Assembly (NCBI GenBank): GCA_003331545.1
Contig: QOPC01000002.1
Coordinates: 14,518-78,517 of the forward strand
Source of the DNA: SAR86 cluster bacterium
Lineage (GTDB): Bacteria > Pseudomonadota > Gammaproteobacteria > Magnimaribacterales > D2472
Length of the DNA: 64,000 nucleotides
Reading direction: 5' to 3'
In this document: positions 8,838-17,757 of the stretch, in pieces
How positions within the stretch are numbered: the first letter of the stretch is position 1
Layout of the letters: the number at the start of each line of letters is the position of its first letter
Notes under the pieces: model-generated
Database searches by the model: none
What the model was told of the DNA's origin: nothing
What the model saw: only the letters and a program-made list of their open reading frames with translations
Translations under genes and position numbers: made by a program

Positions 8838-9056
8838 TTATCTGTTAACTAAGCTATACAGAACTGCTAATACTAGTAGTCCTACAACACCGCTAGAAGC
8901 AAGAGATTCGACTAATGCTGTAATATTTCCAATTACATCAAGTCCCATCATATCACCGAAAGCAAGGCTTCCAACGATACCAAGTCCCAAGATTCCAACG
9001 ATAACACTAGTTAAATTACTAACTAGGTCGCTTAACATTCTAAATGCATTATCCAT
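8838..9056 (-). CDS. Small two-TM membrane protein, unknown function (paralogue A)
   Basis: 72-aa ORF with a strong SD (TAGGGGGAAATT-ATG). Two hydrophobic helices separated by the GLDVIGNITALVESL segment. Paralogous to the downstream 77-aa ORF. Confidence 0.65.
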   Translation of the reverse strand: MDNAFRMLSDLVSNLTSVIVGILGLGIVGSLAFGDMMGLDVIGNITALVESLASSGVVGLLVLAVLYSLVNR

Positions 9057-9132
9057 AATTTCCCCCTATGGTTTGCATGGTTAGTTAACCTATAAAACCA
9101 TAAAAATAAACTAGGAACAATAAATGTGTATG

Positions 9133-9166
9133 AAAAAACCAGCTAAATTTGACATTTAACGGTTTT
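9133..9166 (-). terminator. Candidate rho-independent terminator downstream of pnp
   Basis: Minus-strand RNA reads AAAACC-GUUAAAU-gucaa-AUUUAGC-u-GG-UUUUUU. That is a 9-bp AT-rich stem with one G.U pair and one bulge, followed by U6. The G.U becomes a C.A mismatch on the plus strand, favouring minus-strand function. The stem is weak. Confidence 0.35.
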
Positions 9167-9228
9167 GCATCCTATCAAAATAAATGATACTACTTATATA
9201 ATATAAGTGTTGTTTATTTAGTGATTGG

Positions 9229-11316
9229 TTATTGGTCTAAAACTTTCTTAGATAATTTCATCTTTCCACGATCAAATCCAATTAACTTGACCTTAATGAT
9301 ATCTCCCTCAGATAATACATCTGAAACGTTCTCTACCCTCTCAGAAGAAATTTCTGAAACATGAAGCAATCCATCTTTGCCTGGTAAAATATTAACGAAA
9401 GCACCAAAATCTACAATTTTTACAACCTTACCTTCATAAACTTTGTCTAGTTCTGGGTCTTCAATGATTCCTTCAATAATTTCAAGTGCTGCTTTCATAA
9501 TAGATTGTGTTTCACCAAAAATAGTAACCACACCATCGTCATTCACGTCTACAGATGCACCTGTGTCTGCTTGCATGCCCTTAATTACAGCACCACCTTT
9601 GCCAATGATTTCTTTTATTTTATCTTGATGAACAGTTATCTTTTTCATTGCGGGGGTATTATCTGATAATTCTTTTGGCGCAGAAATGACATCATTCATT
9701 TTTTCTAAAATATGCATTCTTGCATTTTTTGCTTTCTCCAATGCTGACTCCATAATTTCTGCAGTAATTCCCTGAACTTTAATATCCATCTGCAATGCCG
9801 TAACACCATCTTTGGTACCTGCAACTTTGAAGTCCATATCACCAAGATGATCTTCGTCACCAAGAATATCTGTAAGGACTGCAAAATCTTTTTCTTCTTT
9901 AATAAGTCCCATTGCAATTCCAGCAACCGGATTAGAAATAGGAACGCCGGCATCCATTAACGAAAGTGAGGTCCCGCAAACAGAAGCCATGGAGCTTGAT
10001 CCATTCGATTCTGTTATTTCTGAAACTACTCTAAGTGTGTATCCAAATTCTTCTGAATCTGGAAGAACAGCCTTAATTGCTCTTTTAGCAAGGTTGCCGT
10101 GACCAATCTCTCTTCGTTTTGGTCCAAGGGGCATCCCAATCTCGCCTACGCTATAGGCAGGGAAATTGTAATGGAGCATAAAGGGGTTTGATTGTTCGCC
10201 ATTTAAGCTTTCTATTCTTTGAGCATCTCTTGTTGAGCCAAGTGTGGCAGCTACTAAAGCTTGTGTTTCCCCTCGAGTAAACAAAGAAGAACCATGCACA
10301 CTAGGCAGGACACTTGTTTCTACAAATATAGGTCTTACAGTATCCAAATCACGGCCATCAATCCTAGGCTCGTTTGAAAGAATGCTTTTTCTTACTACAT
10401 CTTTTTCTACAGATTTAAAGGCATTCATAAGCTTGCCTCTTTCTATGTCATCCAATTCTTCATTAGCATCATTTATTTTTTCTTTGATTGCATGAATTGC
10501 TTCACCGCGATCTGCTTTGTCAGCTATCTTAAATGCTGCAGAAATTTCTTCAGTGTGGTCATTAGCAATTTTCACTTTAAAATCTGCAGTGACCTCATCT
10601 TCAGCAAACTCCCATGGAGTTGGATTGATTTTTGCTCTTAAATCAGAACAAGCTTTAATAACTTTTTGCATCTCTTGGTGTCCGAATAAAACTGAGCCTA
10701 ACATCAAGTCTTCACTGAGCTCGCTTGCTTCTGATTCAACCATCAAAACAGCATCTTCTGTGCCAGCAACTACCATATCTAACAAAGAAGTCTCAAGCTC
10801 AGTTGGTGATGGATTTAGAACGTAATTATTATCGATAAACCCTACCCTAGCTGCACCAAGAGGACCTTGGAAAGGTACTCCTGAAATTGAAAGTGCTGCA
10901 GAGGCACCAATCAAGGATGCTATATCAGGGTTAATATTTTTATCAGCAGACAAAACAGTACAAAAAATTTGAATTTCATTTTTAAAATCTTCAGGAAACA
11001 GAGGCCTAATAGGTCTGTCTATTAATCTTGATGTAAGGGTTTCCTGCTCAGTTGGTCTAGCCTCTCTTTTAAAATATCCTCCAGGAATCTTTCCTGCAGC
11101 ATAGAATTTCTCTTGGTAAAAAACAGCCAATGGAAAGAAATCTTTCCTTGGATCAGCTTCTTTTCTTGCAACCATAGTCGTCATAACAACAAGCTTGTCA
11201 ATTGTTACAATGATGCTAGATGTAGCCTGTCTTGCAATTTTTCCTGTTTCAATCTTTACAGTTTTATTTCCGTATTCAAACTCCACGGATTGAGTATTTA
11301 ATTTATTTTCTTCCAC
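9229..11316 (-). CDS. pnp: Polyribonucleotide nucleotidyltransferase (PNPase), GTG start
   Basis: 695 aa. Two RNase PH domains, a KH domain (IGKGGAVIKG) and an S1 domain (GKVVKIVDFGAFVNILPGKDGLLHVSEIS). SD AAGGA lies 6 nt before the GTG. Confidence 0.97.
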   Translation of the reverse strand: MEENKLNTQSVEFEYGNKTVKIETGKIARQATSSIIVTIDKLVVMTTMVARKEADPRKDFFPLAVFYQEKFYAAGKIPGGYFKREARPTEQETLTSRLIDRPIRPLFPEDFKNEIQIFCTVLSADKNINPDIASLIGASAALSISGVPFQGPLGAARVGFIDNNYVLNPSPTELETSLLDMVVAGTEDAVLMVESEASELSEDLMLGSVLFGHQEMQKVIKACSDLRAKINPTPWEFAEDEVTADFKVKIANDHTEEISAAFKIADKADRGEAIHAIKEKINDANEELDDIERGKLMNAFKSVEKDVVRKSILSNEPRIDGRDLDTVRPIFVETSVLPSVHGSSLFTRGETQALVAATLGSTRDAQRIESLNGEQSNPFMLHYNFPAYSVGEIGMPLGPKRREIGHGNLAKRAIKAVLPDSEEFGYTLRVVSEITESNGSSSMASVCGTSLSLMDAGVPISNPVAGIAMGLIKEEKDFAVLTDILGDEDHLGDMDFKVAGTKDGVTALQMDIKVQGITAEIMESALEKAKNARMHILEKMNDVISAPKELSDNTPAMKKITVHQDKIKEIIGKGGAVIKGMQADTGASVDVNDDGVVTIFGETQSIMKAALEIIEGIIEDPELDKVYEGKVVKIVDFGAFVNILPGKDGLLHVSEISSERVENVSDVLSEGDIIKVKLIGFDRGKMKLSKKVLDQ

Positions 11317-11328
11317 GATTTTCCTTTG

Positions 11329-11598
11329 TTATCCTCTTAATTTAAGAGATTTAATTATTTCTTGATAGCTATCTAGGTTTTTTCTTTTTAGATAAGCTAA
11401 AAGCTTTCTTCTCAAGTTAACCATACGAATAAGACCGGTTCTTGAATGATGATCTTTTTTATGAATTTTAAAATGAGATTGAAGTTTATTGATGTTCTCA
11501 GTAAGAAGCGCTATTTGAACTTCTGGTGAGCCAGTATCGGCTGCGCTGTTCTGAAACTCTTTAACAATTTGATTCTTTTCTTCTTTTAATAAAGCCAT
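11329..11598 (-). CDS. rpsO: 30S ribosomal protein S15
   Basis: 89 aa, with [34 protein letters not shown]. Confidence 0.97.
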   Translation of the reverse strand: MALLKEEKNQIVKEFQNSAADTGSPEVQIALLTENINKLQSHFKIHKKDHHSRTGLIRMVNLRRKLLAYLKRKNLDSYQEIIKSLKLRG

Positions 11599-11686
11599 GT
11601 TTTTCTCCTTGGATATGCTCCTAAAATAAACTTAAACCTTGCATATCTAAAGTTTAAGATGATGTAGCTTATTACTAATTTAGGTT

Positions 11687-12529
11687 TTAAACAAGGTATT
11701 CGTGCTTGAAGCCTTCAGCATTATTTTTTCCGATAGCAATGAACTTTTTAGATGAATCATATACTCTCAATAAATTATCATGATCTATTTTTAGCTGAAG
11801 AGTTATACCATTTATGAATGCATTGGTATCACTCTGATTCAAGGTAATAGAGTTCAAATCGTCAAATGCATTTTCAAGAGAGATAATATTATCTTCACTC
11901 ACAATATCTATTTGATTGGCATCATCAATAGAAAAATTTTGTTGGCTGGTTCTAATTAATCCCGAAAGATGGCCTCCGCATCCAAGTTGATTACCTAAAT
12001 CTCTTGCAATAGAACGAATATAGGTTCCTTTTGAACATGTTATGTTAAATGAAACTTTTGGTAGGTTCGTAGAAATATTATCTATTTTATCAATTTTTAT
12101 TTTTCTAGCCTCTTTATCTACCTTAATTCCATCTCTTGCATATTTATACATTGGCTTACCTTTGTGTTTAAGAGCAGAGTATGCAGGAGCAAATTGCAGA
12201 CTTTCTCCAAGAAATGATAATAACTTTTCACTCACCTCCTGCTCGTTACATACAACATCATGGTTAAAGATAACTTCTCCTTCTGCATCGTCAGTATCAG
12301 TCTGTTGGCCTAGGGTTACTTCTGCTTGATATGACTTTTTGCTTTGCAATAAAAGAGATGAAAATTTGGTAGCTCTATTCACTGCTAGAATTAATAGACC
12401 TCTAGCCATCGGATCTAATGTGCCTAGATGTCCAACCTTTTTAAAATTGAATTTTTTTTTTATTATCTGCACTACCCTTGAAGATGTGATTCCTGATTCT
12501 TTATCAATTAGAAGAAAGCCGTTAATCAT
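11687..12529 (-). CDS. truB: tRNA pseudouridine-55 synthase
   Basis: 280 aa. Catalytic-Asp motif GHLGTLDPMARGLL. Conserved rbfA-truB-rpsO order. Confidence 0.94.
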   Translation of the reverse strand: MINGFLLIDKESGITSSRVVQIIKKKFNFKKVGHLGTLDPMARGLLILAVNRATKFSSLLLQSKKSYQAEVTLGQQTDTDDAEGEVIFNHDVVCNEQEVSEKLLSFLGESLQFAPAYSALKHKGKPMYKYARDGIKVDKEARKIKIDKIDNISTNLPKVSFNITCSKGTYIRSIARDLGNQLGCGGHLSGLIRTSQQNFSIDDANQIDIVSEDNIISLENAFDDLNSITLNQSDTNAFINGITLQLKIDHDNLLRVYDSSKKFIAIGKNNAEGFKHEYLV

Positions 12530-12863
12530 TGAGAGATTTTAATAATGCGTCAATATTGTTATACCTCTCGAGACTTTCATCATATTTAAATATAAGTTTG
12601 GGGACTCTTCTAATTTGCATGAATTTTGAAAGTTTTGATCTGACCATTGAAGAAAATTTTTCAAGAGATTTACTATTAGGTGAATCAGAAATATCTCCGT
12701 CAATAATAGTATAAAAAACCTTGGCAACACCAAGATCAGGTGAACACTTTACATCAACTATATTAAGAAACTGATAGCGCGGATCTTTGGCTTGTGAAGA
12801 AATAATTTGGGATATTTCTTTTTTTAGAAAATCTTCAATCTTCGGTGCTCTTGTTGAGGACAT
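12522..12863 (-). CDS. rbfA: Ribosome-binding factor A
   Basis: RbfA-like core (KDPRYQFLNIVDVKCSPDLGVAKVFY...RRVPKLIFKYDES). I start it at the ATG at 12863 (MSSTRAPK...), 1 nt after the infB stop. The track ORF extends to 12899, inside infB. Confidence 0.9.
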   Translation of the reverse strand: MSSTRAPKIEDFLKKEISQIISSQAKDPRYQFLNIVDVKCSPDLGVAKVFYTIIDGDISDSPNSKSLEKFSSMVRSKLSKFMQIRRVPKLIFKYDESLERYNNIDALLKSLND

Positions 12864-12864
12864 G

Positions 12865-15165
12865 TTATGCGATGCTTTGAGCCTCTTCTTTTCTATCAAA
12901 AACTTCTACCTTGTCTCCTGGTCTTATATCTTTATAATTTTTAATACCAACACCGCACTCTGTTCCAGATTTTACCTCTCCTACGTCATCCTTAAATCTT
13001 CTTAGTGAATCAATCTCGCCTTGATGAATTACAACATCGTCCCTGAGCACTCTTACAGGCTTACTTTTTAAAATAGATCCTTCTATAACCATACATCCAG
13101 CAACTTGACCAAACTTGGGAGAATTAAAGACTTCCAGAACTTCTGCAGTTCCCACAATTTCTTCCTTGATAATCGGATCTAAAAGACCGCTTAATCTAAC
13201 CTTAGCTTCATCGATTAGTTCATAAATAATACTGTGATAAGAGAGCAAAATTTCTTCGCCTTCAATAATTTTCTTAGCAGCATTGTCTGCGCGGACATTA
13301 AATCCTAAAAGTATTGAATCTGTAGCCAAAGCTAAGTTTGCATCTGATTCAGAAATTCCTCCTACTCCTGAAGCAACTACTTTAATAGATGCATCATCGT
13401 TGCCAATATCAGATAAAGCGGCAACAATTGCTTCAGATGTTCCAGCAACGTCAGACTTTAAGATGACATTTAATATTTTTTTATCAGATTGACCCATTGA
13501 TTCAAATATATTGCCAAGGCTTTCGTCTCTTTGTTTTAATACTTTGCGATCTTTAAGCTTGCTTTCTCTAAATTCGGCAATTTCTCGAGCCTCTTTGTCA
13601 TTTTTAACAACTTGAAAAGTTTCCCCAGCATTGGGAACACCGCTTAGGCCTAGTATTTCTACAGCAAATGAAGGTTCGGCAGATTTTAATTTACTTCCAT
13701 CTGAACCAATAATGCTTTTTACTTTTCCAACAGCAGAACCAGAAACAACCATATCTCCAACTTTTAAAGTTCCATTTTGAATAAGCAATGTAGCTACGGA
13801 TCCCCTAAATTTATCTAATTCTGATTCAATGACAACTCCTTGAGCTTGTCCCTTGAAATGCGCCTTAAGCTCCAGAAGTTCAGCTTCCAGAGCAACAGCT
13901 TCAAGAAGTTTATCAACTCCATCACCCTTTAATGCAGACACAGGGACCATCTGAATATTCCCACCCCAATCTTCTGGTGTTAATTCTTTAGCAGCTAAAT
14001 CTCCTTTTATTCTCTCTAAATCTGCATCTTGCAGATCCATTTTATTAATTGCTACAACGATAGAAACACCTGCAGCTTTAGCATGATTAATAGCTTCTTC
14101 TGTTTGAGGCATTACTCCATCATTTGCAGCCACAACTAAAATTACAACATCAGTAGTATTAGCTCCTCTTGCCCGCATTGATGAGAACGCAGCGTGACCA
14201 GGAGTATCTATAAATGTAATAACAGAATCTTTGATTGGCACTTGATATGCTCCAATATGTTGAGTGATTCCTCCTGCCTCTCCGTCAACAACCTTTGTCT
14301 TCCGTATAAAGTCAAGCAAGGTTGTCTTTCCATGATCAACATGGCCCATAACTGTAATAACTGGTGCTCTTGTTTTAGGATTATCTGAATAATTTATATT
14401 ACCAATAATCTCATCTTCTACAGATGAATCATTCAATGCAATTCCATTATGGCCGAGCTCTTCAGCTACCAAGATTCCAGTCTCCTGATCTATCGAATCA
14501 TTTATTGAGGCTGCAACTCCCATACTCATAAGAACTTTTACTACCTCTCCACCTTTTATAAACATTAATTTAGCAAGTTCGCCTACCTGAATCATTTCTG
14601 GCACTTCTATATCACGCTTTATAAATTCAGCAGGTTTTGCAAATTGATGCTCAGAACCCTCGTTAAAACTAGTTTCTCTTCGGGAGTAATCCTTAGCTGC
14701 TCGAGATAACTGATCTTTAACATTAACTCTTGATTGAGGCTTTGCTTGAGTAGCAGTTTTTTGCTGTTGTGATTTCTTTTCTTGTTGTTGTTCTTGTTTT
14801 AAACGGATGGCCTCTTTAATCTGATCTTCTCTTTTCTGCTGTTGTTCTTTTAAATTTTCAGCAGCTGCCTGCCTTTTAGCCTCAATATTATCTGTCAGAC
14901 CCTCAGAAGAGCTAGGAACAGAAGAAGCGGGCTTTGAAAGTGTACCTTTTGATTTAACAGTAACTCCACTGCTTGAGGAAGATGTAACGGAAGAAGACCC
15001 AGCACTTTTTCGTTCTTTTAAAGATTTAAGTATTGCTAATTTATCTGCGGGAGTGATTTCATCTGAAGATTTGCTATGTGAAAGCCCAGCATCCTTCATC
15101 CTTTCCAAAAGAGCGTCGTCCTTAATTTTTAAGGTTTTTGCAAAATCTTTTACTGTAAGTCCCAA
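12865..15165 (-). CDS. infB: Translation initiation factor IF-2
   Basis: 766 aa. GTPase motifs GHVDHGKTTLLD, DTPGH and NKMD. Low-complexity Ser/Gln-rich N-terminal region. Confidence 0.97.
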   Translation of the reverse strand: MGLTVKDFAKTLKIKDDALLERMKDAGLSHSKSSDEITPADKLAILKSLKERKSAGSSSVTSSSSSGVTVKSKGTLSKPASSVPSSSEGLTDNIEAKRQAAAENLKEQQQKREDQIKEAIRLKQEQQQEKKSQQQKTATQAKPQSRVNVKDQLSRAAKDYSRRETSFNEGSEHQFAKPAEFIKRDIEVPEMIQVGELAKLMFIKGGEVVKVLMSMGVAASINDSIDQETGILVAEELGHNGIALNDSSVEDEIIGNINYSDNPKTRAPVITVMGHVDHGKTTLLDFIRKTKVVDGEAGGITQHIGAYQVPIKDSVITFIDTPGHAAFSSMRARGANTTDVVILVVAANDGVMPQTEEAINHAKAAGVSIVVAINKMDLQDADLERIKGDLAAKELTPEDWGGNIQMVPVSALKGDGVDKLLEAVALEAELLELKAHFKGQAQGVVIESELDKFRGSVATLLIQNGTLKVGDMVVSGSAVGKVKSIIGSDGSKLKSAEPSFAVEILGLSGVPNAGETFQVVKNDKEAREIAEFRESKLKDRKVLKQRDESLGNIFESMGQSDKKILNVILKSDVAGTSEAIVAALSDIGNDDASIKVVASGVGGISESDANLALATDSILLGFNVRADNAAKKIIEGEEILLSYHSIIYELIDEAKVRLSGLLDPIIKEEIVGTAEVLEVFNSPKFGQVAGCMVIEGSILKSKPVRVLRDDVVIHQGEIDSLRRFKDDVGEVKSGTECGVGIKNYKDIRPGDKVEVFDRKEEAQSIA

Positions 15166-15184
15166 TGCAATATCTTCCTTTTTT

Positions 15185-16648
15185 TTAATTAAACCAGCTT
15201 TCTCTAGCCTTCATTATAATCTCTGCTGCCTTCTTTTCAGTGATCTCAATAATATCTTGAAGCTCATCTACGGCCAATTCTGCAATGTCATCCTTGCTTT
15301 TAAGAGCATTAGAGACAAGAGTTTCAATTTGATCATCGCTAAAGCCTAGTTCGGTAAGTGATTCTAAATTTGATTCTTCTTGAGTAATCTCACCCATAGC
15401 TTCCATCAAAGCAGCATCTGCAGCGGCAGCTTTAATTTCTTCAGCTCTGACTTCATCAATTTCCATGGCTGATGATAACTTCCCATCTTCAGCATAAGCA
15501 ACATCATCAAAGGTTAGGAATCCACCTCTAATGAGCGCCTCAGCTTCTTTTTCGTCAATACTTAGATTGTTCATTAGCTTAGCTTGAAATTCTGCTTCCA
15601 CAACTCTCTCTTTTGCTTCAGCCTCATTGCTACTAATAATATTTAATTCCCATCCCACAAGTCTGGATGCAAGTCTAATATTTTGACCTCTTGAGCCAAT
15701 AGCAAGAGCTAAATTGTCTTCATTCACGGCAAGCTCCATTGAGCGTGAATCCTCATCCATGACAATTGATTCAACTTTTGCAGGAGCAAGAGAATTTATC
15801 ACCATTTGGGCAGGGTTATCATCATAAATAATAATATCTATTCTTTCATTTCCGAGCTCACCAGAGACTGACTGAACTCTTGAACCGCGCATTCCAACAC
15901 AGGCTCCCACAGGATCAATACGTCCATCATTTGTTTTAACCGTAATTTTTGATCTCGAACCAGCATCTCGAGCAATTCCTCTAATTTCAATAATGTCCTC
16001 ATTAATCTCAGGGACCTCAATTCTAAAGAGCTCTGTTACCATTTCTGAGCATGTTCTACTTAACATCAGCTGGGAGCCTCTTCCTTCTATTTCTTTGATC
16101 TGAAGAATGGCTCTCAACCTATCATTAATTTTATATATTTCACCTGGTAACAGCTGATCTCTTGGCAATATAGCCTCAATGTCATTTCCAATATCAACAA
16201 TAATGTTATCTCTTGTTACCCTTTTAACAGTTCCATTCATTAAGGAGTTATCTTGAGATTTAAACATTGCAACTATTGTGTCTCTCTCGGCCTCTCTGAC
16301 TTTTTGCATCATTACCTGACGAGCTGCCTGAGTTTCAATTCTTCCAAATGTAACGTTTTCTTCATCTATAGAAAAAGTATCTCCAATGGTCATTTTGGAA
16401 TCTGACTCTGTAATGTGAGTTTCTTTATGAAATTCCTCAGAATTTTCATCTTCTACAAGCCAATGTCGGTGAGTTGAGTACTCACCAGTATCTCGATCAA
16501 TAGAAACCGAGATATCCGCATCCTCATGAAAATGTCTGAGAGATGCACTTGCGATAGCAATCTCTAAAGCTCCAAATATTATCCCTTCGTCAATCCCTTT
16601 TTCATTGGAAACAGATTCAACAACCGCTAAAATTTCAATGCTTTCCAT
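15185..16648 (-). CDS. nusA: Transcription termination/antitermination factor NusA
   Basis: 487 aa. S1 and two KH regions (ACVGMRGSRVQ..., AIGSRGQNIRLAS) plus acidic C-terminal repeats. Confidence 0.96.
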   Translation of the reverse strand: MESIEILAVVESVSNEKGIDEGIIFGALEIAIASASLRHFHEDADISVSIDRDTGEYSTHRHWLVEDENSEEFHKETHITESDSKMTIGDTFSIDEENVTFGRIETQAARQVMMQKVREAERDTIVAMFKSQDNSLMNGTVKRVTRDNIIVDIGNDIEAILPRDQLLPGEIYKINDRLRAILQIKEIEGRGSQLMLSRTCSEMVTELFRIEVPEINEDIIEIRGIARDAGSRSKITVKTNDGRIDPVGACVGMRGSRVQSVSGELGNERIDIIIYDDNPAQMVINSLAPAKVESIVMDEDSRSMELAVNEDNLALAIGSRGQNIRLASRLVGWELNIISSNEAEAKERVVEAEFQAKLMNNLSIDEKEAEALIRGGFLTFDDVAYAEDGKLSSAMEIDEVRAEEIKAAAADAALMEAMGEITQEESNLESLTELGFSDDQIETLVSNALKSKDDIAELAVDELQDIIEITEKKAAEIIMKARESWFN

Positions 16649-17124
16649 TATTTATTTATCCTCATAAGTTCTTCAAAGTTTGGTTTTAAACGACAAAGAT
16701 CAAGATCCAAAAAATTTAAGCTCATCTCTTCATTATCACAGTGAAACAAGATTTCATCATTTTTCACATCAATGAGCTTTGCAACAAGAGTTTTTTTTCC
16801 ATCTTTAATTTCTCTTAACTTTAAATCAAACTCTTCTTGGAGAAATGAAGATAGTTGTTTAGCTTTAAAAAACTTTCTATCTATTCCGGGAGTAGAAACC
16901 TCTAAAACATAATCCTGATCAATGAATGCATCATTCAACGCAAGTTCATAATTAAGATCCTTGGCTACTTTTTCGCAATCATCTATTGTTGCACCAGCAA
17001 TTGCGTCAATGTAGACTCTAATGGTTGGTCTTCTTTTGCCACGCAGTAATTCAATACCCCAAAGTTCACAGCCATGACTGATTACAACTGGTTGAATTTC
17101 ATTTTCTATTTCTTCTATTCTCAT
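16648..17124 (-). CDS. rimP: Ribosome maturation factor RimP
   Basis: 158 aa with LEVSTPGIDRKFF. First gene of the rimP-nusA-infB operon, with a 1-nt overlap with nusA. Confidence 0.9.
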   Translation of the reverse strand: MRIEEIENEIQPVVISHGCELWGIELLRGKRRPTIRVYIDAIAGATIDDCEKVAKDLNYELALNDAFIDQDYVLEVSTPGIDRKFFKAKQLSSFLQEEFDLKLREIKDGKKTLVAKLIDVKNDEILFHCDNEEMSLNFLDLDLCRLKPNFEELMRINK

Positions 17125-17130
17125 ATCTCT

Positions 17131-17156
17131 AAAATAAAAATGGGGCTAATGCCCCA
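17131..17156 (-). terminator. Rho-independent terminator/attenuator between tRNA-fMet and rimP
   Basis: Minus strand reads TGGGGC-auua-GCCCCA followed by TTTTTATTTT. This is the same position as the partial terminator after metY in the E. coli metY-rimP-nusA-infB operon. Confidence 0.6.
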
Positions 17157-17173
17157 GTTCGTATCTAATTTAC

Positions 17174-17250
<77 letters not shown>

Positions 17251-17266
17251 TCGCAGAGAAATAGAG

Positions 17267-17294
17267 TGTATAGAAAGCAAGTACTGAAGGTCAA
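17267..17294 (-). promoter_or_regulatory. Candidate sigma70 promoter for tRNA-fMet/rimP operon
   Basis: Minus strand has TTGACC, a 16-nt spacer, then TATACA, about 16 nt upstream of the mature tRNA 5' end. Pattern match only. Confidence 0.3.
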
Positions 17295-17331
17295 GTCAAT
17301 TCAAATTTATTTCGGTATTAAAAAGTTATCT

Positions 17332-17340
17332 TGTTATAAT
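17332..17340 (+). promoter_or_regulatory. Candidate extended -10 promoter element for tRNA-Leu
   Basis: TGTTATAAT (TGnTATAAT) ends 10 nt before the tRNA-Leu 5' end. There is no convincing -35. Confidence 0.35.
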
Positions 17341-17350
17341 TCCTCACCCA

Positions 17351-17437
17351 GCCGAAGTGGTGGAATTGGTAGACACGCTAGCTTGAGGGGTTAGTGAGCG
17401 AAAGCTCGTGCGGGTTCAAGTCCCGCTTTCGGCACCA
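17351..17437 (+). tRNA. tRNA-Leu (anticodon GAG), class II with long variable arm, CCA encoded
   Basis: GCCGAAGTGGTGGAATTGGTAGACACGCTAGCTTGAGGGGTTAGTGAGCGAAAGCTCGTGCGGGTTCAAGTCCCGCTTTCGGCACCA. As recalled, it is near-identical in layout to E. coli leuU. Confidence 0.92.
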
Positions 17438-17449
17438 TTTTTAAAAAAT

Positions 17450-17755
17450 TTACTCTACGGGAATTTCAATAGCTTTTGTGGCCTCTTGAATCTCTTCATC
17501 TGTAAATAACACTTCAGTATTGGCATTTTTTAACAAAACAGCCTGAGCTAAGTTTAATATTAAAAAAAGTGCTGCTATAAATGCAGTTAATTTACCTAGA
17601 AAGTTTGATGGCCCAACAGCTCCAAACATAGAGTTAGACGAACCACCACCAAAAGCTGAGCCCAAATCAGAGCCCTTTCCTTGCTGTAAAATTACTAGCA
17701 CTATAAGTAAAATTGCCAGAATTATGCAGATAATTTTAATAGCTGTAATAATCAT
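17450..17755 (-). CDS. secG: Preprotein translocase subunit SecG
   Basis: 101 aa. Two TM helices flank the Gly-rich loop QQGKGSDLGSAFGGGSSNSMFG. Confidence 0.93.
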   Translation of the reverse strand: MIITAIKIICIILAILLIVLVILQQGKGSDLGSAFGGGSSNSMFGAVGPSNFLGKLTAFIAALFLILNLAQAVLLKNANTEVLFTDEEIQEATKAIEIPVE

Positions 17756-17757
17756 AA

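Noticed and set aside
8545-9056. The small-protein pair as a bacteriocin with a double-glycine leader, a type I toxin-antitoxin, a holin pair or a filamentous-phage coat remnant.
   Set aside because: There is no GG/GA leader-cleavage motif and no nearby ABC exporter, immunity, lysin or phage genes. At 72-77 aa with two TM helices each, they are larger than typical type I toxins. I see no antisense RNA promoter. They are left as unknown.
9443-11301. Series of 61-102-aa plus-strand and alternative-frame ORFs within pnp (9443..9628, 9705..9953, 10244..10495, 10517..10825, 11113..11301).
   Set aside because: They are embedded in the PNPase coding region with Ser/Thr/Ala-rich nonsense-like sequences. 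They are explained by the sense-strand codon composition.
12529-12733. Two about 60-aa ORFs (12529..12714 on the plus strand, 12539..12733 on the minus strand) within rbfA. Similar ORFs occur at 12042..12542 within truB.
   Set aside because: They are alternative-frame or antisense ORFs inside conserved genes and have no independent support.
12864-12899. rbfA start at 12899, giving a 35-nt overlap with infB.
   Set aside because: The ATG at 12863 lies 1 nt after the infB stop and gives a normal-length RbfA. The extra 12 residues are not family-like.
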